Shown piece after piece: positions 12,008 through 23,454 of a DNA stretch of 53,612 nt. This DNA comes from Neophaeotheca triangularis. Lineage: Eukaryota. Each line of letters opens with the position of its first letter. Within the stretch, counting starts at the first letter, position 1. Made by a program: the position numbers and the translations under genes. Below the pieces are notes generated by a model. That model was not told the DNA's origin. It worked only from the letters and a program-made list of their open reading frames with translations, and did no database searches. The DNA is taken from contig BAAIJX010000092.1 in the NCBI GenBank assembly GCA_054600435.1, positions 1 to 53,612 of the forward strand, written 5' to 3'.

Positions 12008-13270
12008 TTACCCAGGCACAAATCCCCAATCCTCCCTCCGCATCTTGACCTCAAACTCTACCATGCCAAAACAACCCACCGCAGCCAACAAGTCCCTCCC
12101 TCCCTCCAAACCCTCCACACTCCCTTCATCGTCCCGATCCCTCTGCTCCCACAAATCCCACCCGCCAACTCTCTTCCCTCCACGAGTTAAAAAGACCTCG
12201 CACCGCGGTGCTTGCGCGCCATACTGCAGGGCAGGTTTGAAAGTCATCCCAATCCCCACGGTCTCGCCGGGTCGAAAAGGCTGCGTGAAAGATTGTCCGC
12301 CGTAGGCGTTATCGACGTAGCGGTGGCCGTCGTCGCCATGGACGCCGAGGGAGGCGCGGTGCCAGCCTGGAAGTCGGAAAGCTGGATACGGTGGTGCCAG
12401 GAACCCCAGGGCGATGCCTGCGGAGCCTGGGGAGCGTGGGGACCCCATTTTTTGTATGTGGAGTTCGTAGTAGAGGGTGAAGGGGGTGTTGGTATTGAGG
12501 GGATTGTCGGTAAGGGCTGAGTACAAGGGAACGTTGGAGAGGAGGATAGTGTCTTGGCAGTTTGGGGTGGTTTTGACGCGAGTGCGGCCGGTACGGTGCC
12601 AGGTTAGAGAGAGATTGGGTTGGGAGATTGGAGGGGTGGAAAGGACGATATCGCCTGTCGATTTGCGGGTTTGGGCTTTGTCGTCGAGAGGGCGCGGTTG
12701 CCAGAGAGGGTTTTGCGAGAGCCAGGCTATAGCGCGTTGGTCGTCTTCTTCTGAGGCGTTGGCGGTTGGGCTGAAGTGCTCTTGTAGGGCTGGAGGTGGT
12801 GGGAGTAGGGCGTTGTCCGGGACTGCCATCCAGGGGTCGTAGGGAGGGGGTTCGGGTTCGTTGGAGTGCGATTGAGACGGGGGTGGTCCGGGTGGAGGTG
12901 CGTAATTGGAATTGGAGTTAGAGTTGTTAGGCGGTGGTCCAGGCGGAGGTGCGCAGTTGGTTTTGGAATTTGATTTACTAGGTGGCGGTCCAGGCGGTGG
13001 AGCGTAGTCGTCGTTTTGAGGTGCCTGTTTTTTCTCGTACCACTTCTTTGGTGGCGGTCCCGGGGGAGGTTCGTATTGTGAGGAAGTGTCAGATTGAGGC
13101 TGGCTCTGCGATGTATTAGATTGAGAACGTCGAAATGGGTTCATGGTGAACCCACTCCGACCGCCTGCAAATCCAACATGACGACCGCCTCCTCGACTGA
13201 TTTCTGGTGAGTCCTGGCTGGAATTATACCCTGGAGGCGGACCAGGAGGGGGTTGATCCTTTTTGCCCAT
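12008..13270 (-). CDS. SPRY-domain protein (Ssh4/Ear1-like) with Pro-rich PPPGPPP repeats and a PPPY motif
   Basis: LYYEL, PYPAFRLPGWHRASLGVHGDDGHRY, GETVGIG. First ATG is at 13270; the ORF track start at 13351 is TTG. Confidence 0.85.
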   Translation of the reverse strand: MGKKDQPPPGPPPGYNSSQDSPEISRGGGRHVGFAGGRSGFTMNPFRRSQSNTSQSQPQSDTSSQYEPPPGPPPKKWYEKKQAPQNDDYAPPPGPPPSKSNSKTNCAPPPGPPPNNSNSNSNYAPPPGPPPSQSHSNEPEPPPYDPWMAVPDNALLPPPPALQEHFSPTANASEEDDQRAIAWLSQNPLWQPRPLDDKAQTRKSTGDIVLSTPPISQPNLSLTWHRTGRTRVKTTPNCQDTILLSNVPLYSALTDNPLNTNTPFTLYYELHIQKMGSPRSPGSAGIALGFLAPPYPAFRLPGWHRASLGVHGDDGHRYVDNAYGGQSFTQPFRPGETVGIGMTFKPALQYGAQAPRCEVFLTRGGKRVGGWDLWEQRDRDDEGSVEGLEGGRDLLAAVGCFGMVEFEVKMRREDWGFVPG

Positions 13271-14007
13271 GTCGGCTGGTGTGGAAGGCTTTCGATGTAG
13301 GAGGTGTTTCAAGAACGAGCGCCTCCGTCTATGGGGTTGATCGATCCTCAAGGGGCCTGGAAGGGTATGTCGTCGAACAATTGCCGGCTTGGGTCGTTTG
13401 AGGGGGGTAGTTTCCTGGGTTGGGTGCGAGCGGCGGTGGTGAAGACCAGAAACAGCTGCTTGAGAGTGACTGAAGGTGAAGTTGGGCCAGTGGAAAACAG
13501 TACGACGTCCAGGCTAGAGAAGTCGATTGTCTAGACAAAGTCCGCAAGGCATGGAAGTCGTGGGAGGATGGAAAAGTTTGCCGATGGACATTCAACAGCC
13601 ACGCCAGCCCCTGACCAAAAAGGCAAGTTCCGATTAGGGGTTTCGACGGGAAAAACGAAGCAATAAGCCTATTAAATTCATACGATGCGGCGTTGTAGTC
13701 TTATAGATGGAGAGGTAGTAATTTTATAGTTATACTGAGGTAGGTAGTAGGAGGAGACTGACTAGGTACCTACCTTATAGGCCCGAGACACAGGGCAGGC
13801 CCGCCCCCGCAGTCATCATCCATAATAGGTAGACTTCCCGCCGCCGCATTGACGACAGCTCGCCACCACCACCCACCACCATCCTCCCCTACCCGTCCCC
13901 TCAATAATTGCGCCTATACTTACTTCATCGCCCCCCAATGGCAACAACAACAATGCCAACCCGTACCCTCCCCTCCAACCAACACTTGATATACCCCTTG
14001 CCCGAAA

Positions 14008-15168
14008 ATGGATGAGCCCTCCCTCCAGCTCCACGCCTCAATCAACCAAAGCCTCCGCGCCTCTCTCTCCACCCGACGACCCGTCCTTCACCACCTGAAC
14101 GCCGACACTTCGTGGCTCTTACAAATCCCACGTCCCATAAACGCAGTCAAACACGGTTCCCGGCACTTCTACAACATCCTCATCGACCCCTGGCTAAGCG
14201 GCGGACAAAGCGATGTCGCAAAGTGGTTTTCGCAGCAATTCCACGCGAGCGAAAGCGCAGTCAAGAGCATCAAAGAAGTCGAAGAGTTGGCGTGGGGGAT
14301 TGAGAGCCTAGTGGAAGAGTCGCAGCGATTCAATAGAAACCCACGCAATGGAACGGAGGAGGACGACGATAACGACAACCACACCAACAGCCCCATCGAC
14401 CTAGTAGTCATAAGCCACGAATTCACCGACCACTGCCACAAAGACACGCTCCTCGAAGTCCACCCCGATGTCCCCGTGGTCGCGACAACCCAAGCCGCAA
14501 AACTAATAACGCGCTGGTCGCACTTCCGCACCGTCCTCACCACCCCCGTCTTCAGCCCAGCCACCGACCAGCGCGACTGGCGAAGCACCTCGCACCCGCC
14601 ACTACCAGACTGGCTCGGCGTGGCGCGCCTTGTAGCCCAAAACGACGCCCTAGACTACCACTCCGCCATCCTCGTAACCTTCAACACCTGCACGCAACCC
14701 TCGGACCCCGAAACCGCGGAAGCTGAAGCCGAAGCCGAAGCCCTCCTCTACACCCCCCACGGTATCCCCCACGGCGCTCTCGCTTCCCTCCCCCTCGCTC
14801 AGCCGCCTATACACACGTTGGCTTTTCTGCATGGGTTGCACGATATCAGTATTGGCTCGGCCCAGCAGTTGAATTTGGGAGCGCATAATGGGCTCAAGGC
14901 GCAGAGGTTGTTGGAAGCGCGGTATTGGATTGGAACGCATGATGAGGTTAAGAGGGGTGGGGGGTTGGTGGCTTGGTTTTTGAGGAGGAGGGTCGTGGGG
15001 TTGGGGGAGGCGGTTGCGATGGAGAGGGAGAGGGGGGGAAGGAAGGACGGGGATGGGGATGTGGGTGAGGAGTCAGGCGAGGATGGGGAGGAGAGGCGGG
15101 TTTGGAGGAGTTTTGATGGGGTTAATTGGGTTGAGTTGCGGAATGGGGAGAGTAGGGTTTTGATCTGA
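14008..15168 (+). CDS. Metallo-beta-lactamase-fold protein
   Basis: HLNADTSWL, ILIDPWL, VISHEFTDHCH (variant HxHxDH), YTPHG, LHGLHD, YWIGTHDE. Confidence 0.85.
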   Translation: MDEPSLQLHASINQSLRASLSTRRPVLHHLNADTSWLLQIPRPINAVKHGSRHFYNILIDPWLSGGQSDVAKWFSQQFHASESAVKSIKEVEELAWGIESLVEESQRFNRNPRNGTEEDDDNDNHTNSPIDLVVISHEFTDHCHKDTLLEVHPDVPVVATTQAAKLITRWSHFRTVLTTPVFSPATDQRDWRSTSHPPLPDWLGVARLVAQNDALDYHSAILVTFNTCTQPSDPETAEAEAEAEALLYTPHGIPHGALASLPLAQPPIHTLAFLHGLHDISIGSAQQLNLGAHNGLKAQRLLEARYWIGTHDEVKRGGGLVAWFLRRRVVGLGEAVAMERERGGRKDGDGDVGEESGEDGEERRVWRSFDGVNWVELRNGESRVLI

Positions 15169-15339
15169 CGAAGGAGTGGAGAGTGATGACAGGCTTGTAA
15201 CTTTTTATCTATCTCAGTCGACCAGTTTCCCAGCCGTCCATTTACACGCACCGCTCCTGCGGGAGGCAAAAGTTTACCCCCTCTCCACAAGCCAGCTCTA
15301 ACAACGACCCAAGCCTTCCCAATCCAAATCAACCCCAAA

Positions 15340-16644
15340 CTAATACATCTGCACCTCAACCAAACTCCTCCCAACCCCCTGCTCCAACCCAACGACCCCC
15401 GAGTTTTCAACCTCATACGCCACCGCCCCCCTCTCAGCACACGCCTTTTTCAAACCATCCACACTCCCCCCGACACCGAAATAAATCTTCTTAGCCGCCA
15501 CAATAGCCTTACTCATCTTGGCCCGCTGCAGCAGCGGGATGAGCAGATCCACAAAATCCCCAGTCGCTTGCTCGCTGTAGATTGTTTCCGCCGCGAGCAC
15601 CACGGTGCCCATGTCTGGTGCTGAAGGGGTTAGAGCGCGTAGGTAGCGTGAAGGGGGTGCCCAGGGGCCGGAGAGGAAGGAGAGGTTGAGGGCCTGGGAG
15701 TGCAGGGTTTGGGTGAAGGTGTGTAGGAGTTCGGGAGTTATTTCTAGGTCGCCTTCCGGGTGGGTTTGGAGGTCCAGGCTCGGGTTTGACGTGTAGGCTG
15801 CCCAGGTTAGGAGGAGGTTGGGCAGGGTTAGTAGGGCGAGGACGGGGGCGTTGTAGTCGGAGAGGGCGAAGGTTAGCGGGATGGTGTTGGTGAGGGCGTG
15901 TTGGAAGAGCACGAGGGTTGGGAGGGCGCTGCCTGCGCCGAGCTGGAAAAGGGGGGGTTGGCGTGTCAGCGGAGCTTTGAGGGGGAGGGGGGTTGGCGGT
16001 GGTTGCGCGCTTACTTCGATGATTTGATCGCAGCGCACGAGCTCGTCGATGTCTTTTCGGGGGCCCCGGTCCAGTAGGAGAGACGCCAGGTCTAGCGAGC
16101 ATTCCCACGTCTTGAAACCGCCTTCGTAGACGCCCGAGCGGATATCGGATTTCTCAATATCGGCGAGGACTTGCTCGTCGGTCGCGGAGCCTTCGGCCAT
16201 GAGTTGCACCCGTACATCGTAGAGTTCGCGTTTTGGGAGCAGGAGTTTGCGGCCTAGGGGTGATTCGATGGAGATAGTGCTGTAGCTTATGCGGTCAGGG
16301 AGGGTGGCGAGCTGAAAGGGCGGTGGTTAGTGGGATGTCATTGGGCTTATGCAGGGAGGAGGGGTTTGGATTTCTGGTGTGAGATGACTGCAGAGGCGAA
16401 TGCGAAAGGGCGGTTGGGTAGGTAGGTAGGCGTCTTTCATGATAGGCGGCATGATGTGTGTCGATCTCAGCTAATTGAAAACTCGACGCATACCTACCAA
16501 ATCGGCTAGCTGATGTTCTTGGACCGGAATCTCTGGCACACTGGCGCTGTTTCCCGATTGAGACTCGTTTTGCGGCCCATTACCGGCCTCGACCAGCTCT
16601 TCGTCCTCGACATCGTCCCCTGAGAAGCCGAAACTGAACGACAT
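15340..16644 (-). CDS. HPM1: Histidine protein methyltransferase 1 homolog (METTL18-like), 3 exons
   Basis: Start MSFSFGFSGDD at 16644. Introns 16497-16312 and 16014-15943. Motifs GVYEGGFKTWECSLDL, ELGAGSALP, DYNAPVL, LAAETIY, AAKKIYFGVGG. Confidence 0.9.
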
Positions 16645-17202
16645 GTTTGCTTGTTGATTGTTTGATGCAGTATGCAGTATGCTGTATTGCGGTAGGTTTA
16701 GTGTTGTGGTTAAATAATTGATTCCTGCGCTAACCCAGACTCAGAGTTTAGGTACCTTACCTAGGTAGTCAACGGAGTTAGAGCGCTTAGTTAGCATACC
16801 TACTTATCTCCACCTGCGCAGCTCCAACTTCAAGGTTCCGACTTAACATACTTGGTGGCGATTAATAAGCCAGCTACACGTTAACTTCGAGGCACAAGGT
16901 ACTAGTAGGTTTATCAAAACACTGTATTGAGTAGCAACTTGTTCCTTTCCGAGACTTCTCTCCAAGGTTGTATCTCCAAGTGGTTCAAGTAGCAGTGTCA
17001 GGCACGGCAGACTACCCAAACAGGCTCTTCGTCTTACCAATGGAACCAAATGAATCCTTCCTATCTAGTACTGCGTGCCCGATTGTCCAGGTGAGTACTT
17101 CATAAGTCGACGCTTGCCTCCTCAGATTCCTCTACCCTCTCTCATCATCCATATACTCCATCTCTACCATCGAGCGAAACCCTGTCTACTGCCTCAATCA
17201 AC

Positions 17203-18255
17203 ATGCCTCCCCCACAGATCCCATACCAGCCATACGCCCACCTCCATAAAGACCCCAAGGGACCTGGCGATCAGCGACCTACCTGCATGCAGATCATCAA
17301 GGACAGCAATGTGATTGGTAGACTCAACGACAAAACCATCCTCATAACCGGCTGTTCCGCTGGCATTGGCGTTGAGACCGCCCGAGCACTTTACGAAACG
17401 GGTGCCAAACTCGTTCTCACCGTCCGAGATGTTGCCAAAGGGGAGAGCGTCATCGAAGACATTGTTTCCAACGCTACCAACAAAGGAAGTGTCGGACCCA
17501 GACCAGAGCTCCTCGAACTACACCTCGACTCACTTTCCTCAGTCCGCAAAGCCGCCGAGGAGTTCAACTCGCGTTTCGACGGCGGCCTGAACATTCTGAT
17601 CACAAATGCCGGCGTCATGGCCCCTCCACGTGGTTTCACGAAAGACGGGTTCGAGACGCAATTCGGGACAAACCATCTGGCTCATTTTCTGCTTTTCCAA
17701 CTTCTCAAACCACTCCTGCTCGAAAGCGCCTCCAAGTCCGGAACCACCAGCCGCGTGGTAGTGGTCTCGTCCTTCGGCCATTCCATGTCCGAGGTCCATT
17801 TCGACAACCTGGATTTCGAGAAGACGGGCTACGAGAAATGGGCAGCGTATGGCCAGAGCAAGACTGCCAACATCTACATGGCCAATTCCATCACCAGGCA
17901 TTACGGCGACCGCAACCTGATCGGTCTCTCTCTCCACCCTGGCGGCATCATGACCGAGCTGGCAAGGCATATGGAACAAGCAGACTACGAAATGCTGAAG
18001 ATTGAAGAGTTGCACCACCACTTCAAGTCCGTCGACCAGGGTGCCGCGACTTCCGTCTGGGCTGCTGTGTCGCCGCATTTCGAAGGCAAGGAGAAGGGCG
18101 GTTTTTATCTTGGGGACTGTGGGGAGTGTGGACCTTTGCCGGAGGAATTGAGTACGATGCCTGCGGGTTATGCTGGCCATGCTTATGACGAGGAGAAGGA
18201 GGAAAGGTTGTGGAAGATTAGTTGTGAGGCCACGGGGGTTTCTGCTGAGGACTGA
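17203..18255 (+). CDS. Short-chain dehydrogenase/reductase (retinol dehydrogenase/WWOX-like)
   Basis: ITGCSAGIG, NAGVMA, FETQFGTNHLAHF, YGQSK catalytic motif, LHPGGI. Confidence 0.93.
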   Translation: MPPPQIPYQPYAHLHKDPKGPGDQRPTCMQIIKDSNVIGRLNDKTILITGCSAGIGVETARALYETGAKLVLTVRDVAKGESVIEDIVSNATNKGSVGPRPELLELHLDSLSSVRKAAEEFNSRFDGGLNILITNAGVMAPPRGFTKDGFETQFGTNHLAHFLLFQLLKPLLLESASKSGTTSRVVVVSSFGHSMSEVHFDNLDFEKTGYEKWAAYGQSKTANIYMANSITRHYGDRNLIGLSLHPGGIMTELARHMEQADYEMLKIEELHHHFKSVDQGAATSVWAAVSPHFEGKEKGGFYLGDCGECGPLPEELSTMPAGYAGHAYDEEKEERLWKISCEATGVSAED

Positions 18256-18771
18256 GTGGTGTGGTAGGGTATGGAATCAGACTTAGTGTTGTCGGCATGC
18301 TCGTACTCAAACATGTGAGTGGATAGTAATCTCCTTGTGTAGATCAGATCAGTGCCGTCGTGCGGCTGTCCTGCCGAGAGACTCATTGTTCGAAGCGTAT
18401 TTTCAATGCATGATGCTGCATACCTATACTATTGATTTGAGCGACGACTGCATTCACTATCAACTACAACCTTCAAACATTGCAAGGTAGTACCATAAAT
18501 CGCACCACCTGCGAGAACGCGAAGTTTCCCGAGCCTGTACAACTTTTGACATACAGTTGTGATGAAGAGCACCTGCAAAAGTCGGAAATTGTTGTACCGA
18601 GGACTCCAACCTGCGTGCAGAACTCGTACGAGACGCGAAATAATGCGATACGAATCTTTAGTTACAGTTGACGCTAGAGCAAAACCAATTCATAACCATG
18701 CATGCGGCCCAACGTCAGCCGTTCCTTGGTAGCGCTGGATATGGGCGAGGTGTCTTCGGGACGCAAACTAT

Positions 18772-18788
18772 CCGGTCAGCATGACCGG
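18772..18788. promoter_or_regulatory. Perfect inverted repeat CCGGTCA-GCA-TGACCGG (CGG-N9-CCG), candidate Zn2Cys6 binding site upstream of the BVMO gene
   Basis: Seen in sequence, about 65 bp upstream of a TATAAA box at ~18852. Function is inferred from Zn2Cys6 CGG-triplet site geometry. Confidence 0.45.
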
Positions 18789-18983
18789 GCCGACGCTCCA
18801 TTATTCGTGCCAACCTCCAACGGTATCACTGGAGGGCAAACAATAAACACATATAAAGATGCCTGTTTCTGTAATGTCTAATGTCTAGGAAGGCCGGACA
18901 ATTGCCTGATAGACTACCTCACCTTATTGTCCTTCGCAATTTCGTCCAGAATACCACTAACGCCATCAAGCCTCACACAAACA

Positions 18984-21002
18984 ATGGCCGCCGCCGCCGC
19001 AGCTCCCATACCCTCCAATGACCTCAACGGCCCCAAACTCCTCGACAAGTACGAGCTCGAGAGGCAAAAACGCCTGCGTCCCGAAGCTGGAGCCCAATAC
19101 GTCGATCCCCGCGACGACGAGAAGCTCAGCAGCTTTCTGGACGACCCGTGGCTTGCTCCGGGAACGCCGGTGCGGCAAGTCGTGCCCGATGGCGGGAGTT
19201 GCAAGTTCTTGATCGTCGGTGCTGGCTTCGGGGGCATTCTGTTCGCCGTCAAGCTTCTCCAGCAGGGTTACGCGGCGAGTGAGATTTGTATTGTCGATTC
19301 TGCTGGGGGGTTTGGGGGGACGTGGTTTTGGAATCGGTGAGTGGTTTTTTTTGTTTTTTGTTTTCCTTTTTTGGAGGGACGAGATGAGTGTGTTGTGTGT
19401 GTGCTGATGACTGGGGGTAGATTTCCCGGACTGATGTGCGATGTCGAGTCGTATTGCTATATGCCGCTGTTGGAGGAGATGGGGTATATGCCTACGGAAA
19501 AGTATGTAAGTGGCGAGGAGTTGCGGCTGTATTGTGAACGTGTTTGCGACAAGTATGGTTTGCAGGAGCGTGGCATGTTCCAGTCTGCTTGCAAGACCCT
19601 GGATTGGGAAGAGCAGAGCAAGCAGTGGAGAGTTTCCGTCAACCAGAAACCCAAGGGTGGTCAAGCGAAAAGGGTGAATTTCAAGGCGAACTTTGTCTTT
19701 ATGGCTGGTGGTGTGCTGTCAAGGCCAAAACTACCTACCGCGGTCGCCAATGGTGATTTCAAAGGCCACGTCTTCCATACCGCCCGCTGGGACTACAACT
19801 ATACTGGCGGCTCCCCCACTGATCCTAACATGACCAAGCTTTCCGACAAGGTCGTGGGATACCTTGGAACGGGGGCAACAGCCATCCAAGCAGTACCAGC
19901 CCTGGCCAAGAACGCAAAACAGCTCCATGTTTTCCAACGAACACCATCCTCAGTGGACGCCCGAGACAACAAGCTCACCGACCCCGAAGACTGGAAAGCC
20001 TCAATCGCCACAAGCCCCGGCTGGTGGAAACGCCGCAACCAAAACTTCAACGCTTTCCTCAACGACGCCGAACCCCGACCCAGCACCGACCTCGTCAACG
20101 ACGCCTGGACAAGCATGCCCTCCTTCAGCGCCCTCATCGGCGGCCGACAAGTCCTGCCCGACCAAATCCCCGCCCACATCGCCCACCTCCACGCCCTCGA
20201 CGCCCCCCGCCAAGACCGCATCCGCAACCGCGTAGCCGAAACCGTCAACGATCCTACCACCGCCGACGCTCTCAAAGCCTGGTACCCCGGCTGGTGCAAA
20301 CGCCCTTGCTTCCACGACGAATACCTGCCCGCCTTCAACCGCCCAAACGTCCAGCTCGTCGACACTCAAGGCAAAGGCATCGACGGCGTGAGCCCGGCAG
20401 GCGTTCTGGCTAACGGGAGAGAATACCCCGTCGACGTGCTCATCTTGGGAACGGGCTATGCTTCCCCGACGGCAGGGAACGCTGCCACCAAAGTCGGGGT
20501 CACGGTCAAAGGCCGCAATGGCGTCGATGCTAATGACACGCTGTTCGGGCTGGAGACGCTGCACGCGATGATGAGCCCGCGCTTCCCCAACATGTTCTTC
20601 CCCGGCCCGCGTCAGAGAGGCTCGACGGCGAATGAGAACTACAATCTCGATGTCATGAGCACGCACGTGGCACATGTTATCGCCGAAGCGGAGAGGAGGG
20701 TTGGTGGTGCTGGTGGCGGGGATGAGGAGGGGAGGTGCGTGGCGATCGAGCCCACGGAGCGGGCTGTTGAGGCTTACGCTGTGGCTATTATGCAGCAGGC
20801 CGCGGCTTCGGCGGCGATTGCCGGGTGCACGCCCAGTTATATCAATGGCGAGGGAGCTATCGATCGGCTCACCCCCGAACAGCAGATGCAGGCTGCGAGG
20901 GCCGGGATTTGGGCAAAGGGGATTGCGGATTTTGAGAAATTTCTTGAGGCTTGGAGGCAGGAGGGGACGTTGGAGGGATTGGATGTTACCGTTGCGAAGT
21001 AG
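18984..21002 (+). CDS. Type I Baeyer-Villiger monooxygenase, 2 exons
   Basis: GAGFGG, GGTWFWNR|FPGLMCDVES, fingerprint FKGHVFHTARW, second Rossmann GTGATA, CKRPCFHDEY. Intron 19337-19420 (GTGAGT...CTGAT...TAG). Confidence 0.93.
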
Positions 21003-21096
21003 CAATTTGAACGCGTTCGTGTTGAGACGCTGTGAGTTGGGCGAAGCGTTGGAGGCGAAAAGCTTCTCTTAGTAGCCTCGCTACCTTATGTCGGGC

Positions 21097-22760
21097 TCAG
21101 GTCCTTCGGAGTTGCCGTCGAACTTCTTCCGGCGCATCGACATCATAGTCCTTGAACTTGCGACTAGGAATTTCTCGCTCAAACATAATATCCAGCTCCT
21201 CAAACGTACGGTCCTTTGTCTCCGGCAAGAAGAACCAACAGTACAACACACAGAACATTGACAATCCGGCGAACAACAAACCCAGCTTGCCACCCCAGTT
21301 CCCCTCATCTTCTTGCATAGCATAAGGTATCGAGACGGAGAAGACGATGGAGAAGACCTGCACAGTCACCGTGGCAATCGCAACGCTGAAACCGCGCAAA
21401 TGCACCGCCGAGACTTCCGCCAGCAGCACGTAGCAGAAAGGTCCCAGAGTAGTATCGTAGACGAAATTGCACAACATCATGAGCACGCACTGCGCCCACG
21501 TCGCCGCCGTGTCGCCCGAGTTCTCTTTGACAATGTCCAGCACTCCTATCAAGAAGAGCAGCACCATCAGGCTCGCGCAACCCATCAGATACGCTGTGCG
21601 TCTTCCGATGCGCGACATTAGAAACCAAGAAAGCACCGTTCCCACGAAGCCGAGACCTTTGAGACCGAGATTGAGGGAGAAGGAGTTTGAGCCGTCCAAA
21701 CCGGCGGTTTCAAAAAAGTACACGGCGTAGCTGATGAAGAGCAGATTTCCCGTGAAAGCTTGCATATCGTAGGCCAGGATGCAGATTACGAGACGGCGGA
21801 GATTGGTGCCTCGGAAGCAGTCTTTGAACTGCGGCGGGCGTTGGGTGTAGGCTGTTTCCAGCGCGAGCGTTTCTTTGACGTGCGCGAGCTTGATGTCCAC
21901 GTCGATGTTGCTTGTCGAGAGGCGAGTGAGGGAGTGTCGCGCGGCTTCGGGTTTCCCGCGTCGGCAGAGCCAGTAGGGTGGGTCGGGGCAGAAGTAGATG
22001 AAGGCTAGCATGATTGCTGGCAGGATCCATTGCGTCGCCAGCGGGATCTTGTAGGCGAGGTTGTTGTCGTATTTGTTGGTGCCTTTGAGGATGCCGGCCG
22101 CGATGAATTGTCCGATGACGAAGGCTAGGTTGGTCATGGAGGCTGCGAAGCCGCGCAAGGCTAGGGGGCAGACTTCTCCCACAAAAGCCGAGGCGACGAT
22201 CGGGTAGAAGGCGATGATGATGCCGTTGATCAGCTCGCCCGTGAAGAGTTGGGCGGGCGTGCTGGCGAAGAATTGGACAAAGATGATGGCCATGGAGAAG
22301 ATGGAGCAGACGGCTATCACTTTCCTAGGCCCGAATCTGTCGTATGCTGCTCCTGCTAGGAGGGATCCTACGACTGCGCCGATGTTGTTGGCGTAGTTGA
22401 ATGCACCGAGCCATTGTGCTGGGATCAAGTATTCGCCCCGATAGTTGTAGCCGAATGTCTCTTTGAAGGGTTGGAGGCCAACGAGGCTGCCCACGACGTT
22501 GCCGTCCACGCCTGTCGATTAATTAGTTAGTCTTGAGCAACGAGGGCCTCTCGAGACTATTGACAGGCACCTTTCAAGACGACTGCAAGGTTGATAAACA
22601 AGACCCACGCCACAGCAGGCCAGTACAGACGAACAGCGTACCAAAAAGACAGGCCATGCTCGTATGCCGTAAATTGTCTCGATTTGCTCGCTTCAGTACT
22701 CACAGAGTCTGGCGACTCTGCCCGGACTCGGTCAATGTTGTGAAGCTTGCTGCCGTCCAT
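21097..22760 (-). CDS. MFS sugar porter, alpha-glucoside/maltose permease-like, 2 exons
   Basis: DRFGPRK, GEVCPLALRG, IPLATQW, GTNLRR, IGRRT, LPETKDRTFEELDIMF. Intron 22570-22512 (GTGCCT...CTAAC...CAG). Confidence 0.92.
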
Positions 22761-23454
22761 GATTGAATTGACTTTACTGCCAGCCGTAGAGCTTAAATGA
22801 TAACAAGGGAAGTTAAAAGTCGAGTTAACCTAGTCAACTAAAGAAGTTGAAGAAAATGATAAGCGCCAAGAAACGACCTTGATGGGTCCACCGGTGCCCA
22901 TTTACAGTATCAGTATCAGTACTAGTAGTGCCTACGGTAAGGTAGTCCGGCCTTTGACACGACAGAAAGCATCATTACACGACAACTGCAAGAGAAGACG
23001 AGAGCTCATCAAGGCTTGACATGAAGTTGGGTCCCAGTTTGTGCCGGACTATGACGACCATAGGGCGGACCCCAACTTCGTCCCACCTCCTCCGCCGGGC
23101 GACCAGTACGACAGCATCAACCCACAGAATGTCTTATCAGGATTAAAATATAGAGGCGCCCAAGCGAGATAGAAGCCAGCGACATTTCATCAAAAACACC
23201 CGGGACCAAGCCCAAAACTCGCGGTCAAGCTATAGCAGTTCAGCCCGACTTTTGCTGGATGTAGAAAGAAATATTTCAGTCTCATCATCACACCCAAGTG
23301 GCAAGGTCTCTTATATTATCCCCTAGACGGCACGGTCGACGGCTCGACAGAGCTTGTGGGTAGCACGAGGCAATGTTTGTGCCCGCTGCGAATTCGGGAA
23401 AGGATGGGCTGGACAAGTAAAGATATCAATTTGATCTGACAGAGTGCCCATCAG

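Noticed and set aside
16312..16497. Long HPM1 intron 1 with tandem donors GTAG-GTATGC as a possible stwintron or snoRNA host
   Set aside because: The first donor alone restores the frame. I could not build a valid nested intron or a convincing C/D box pair.
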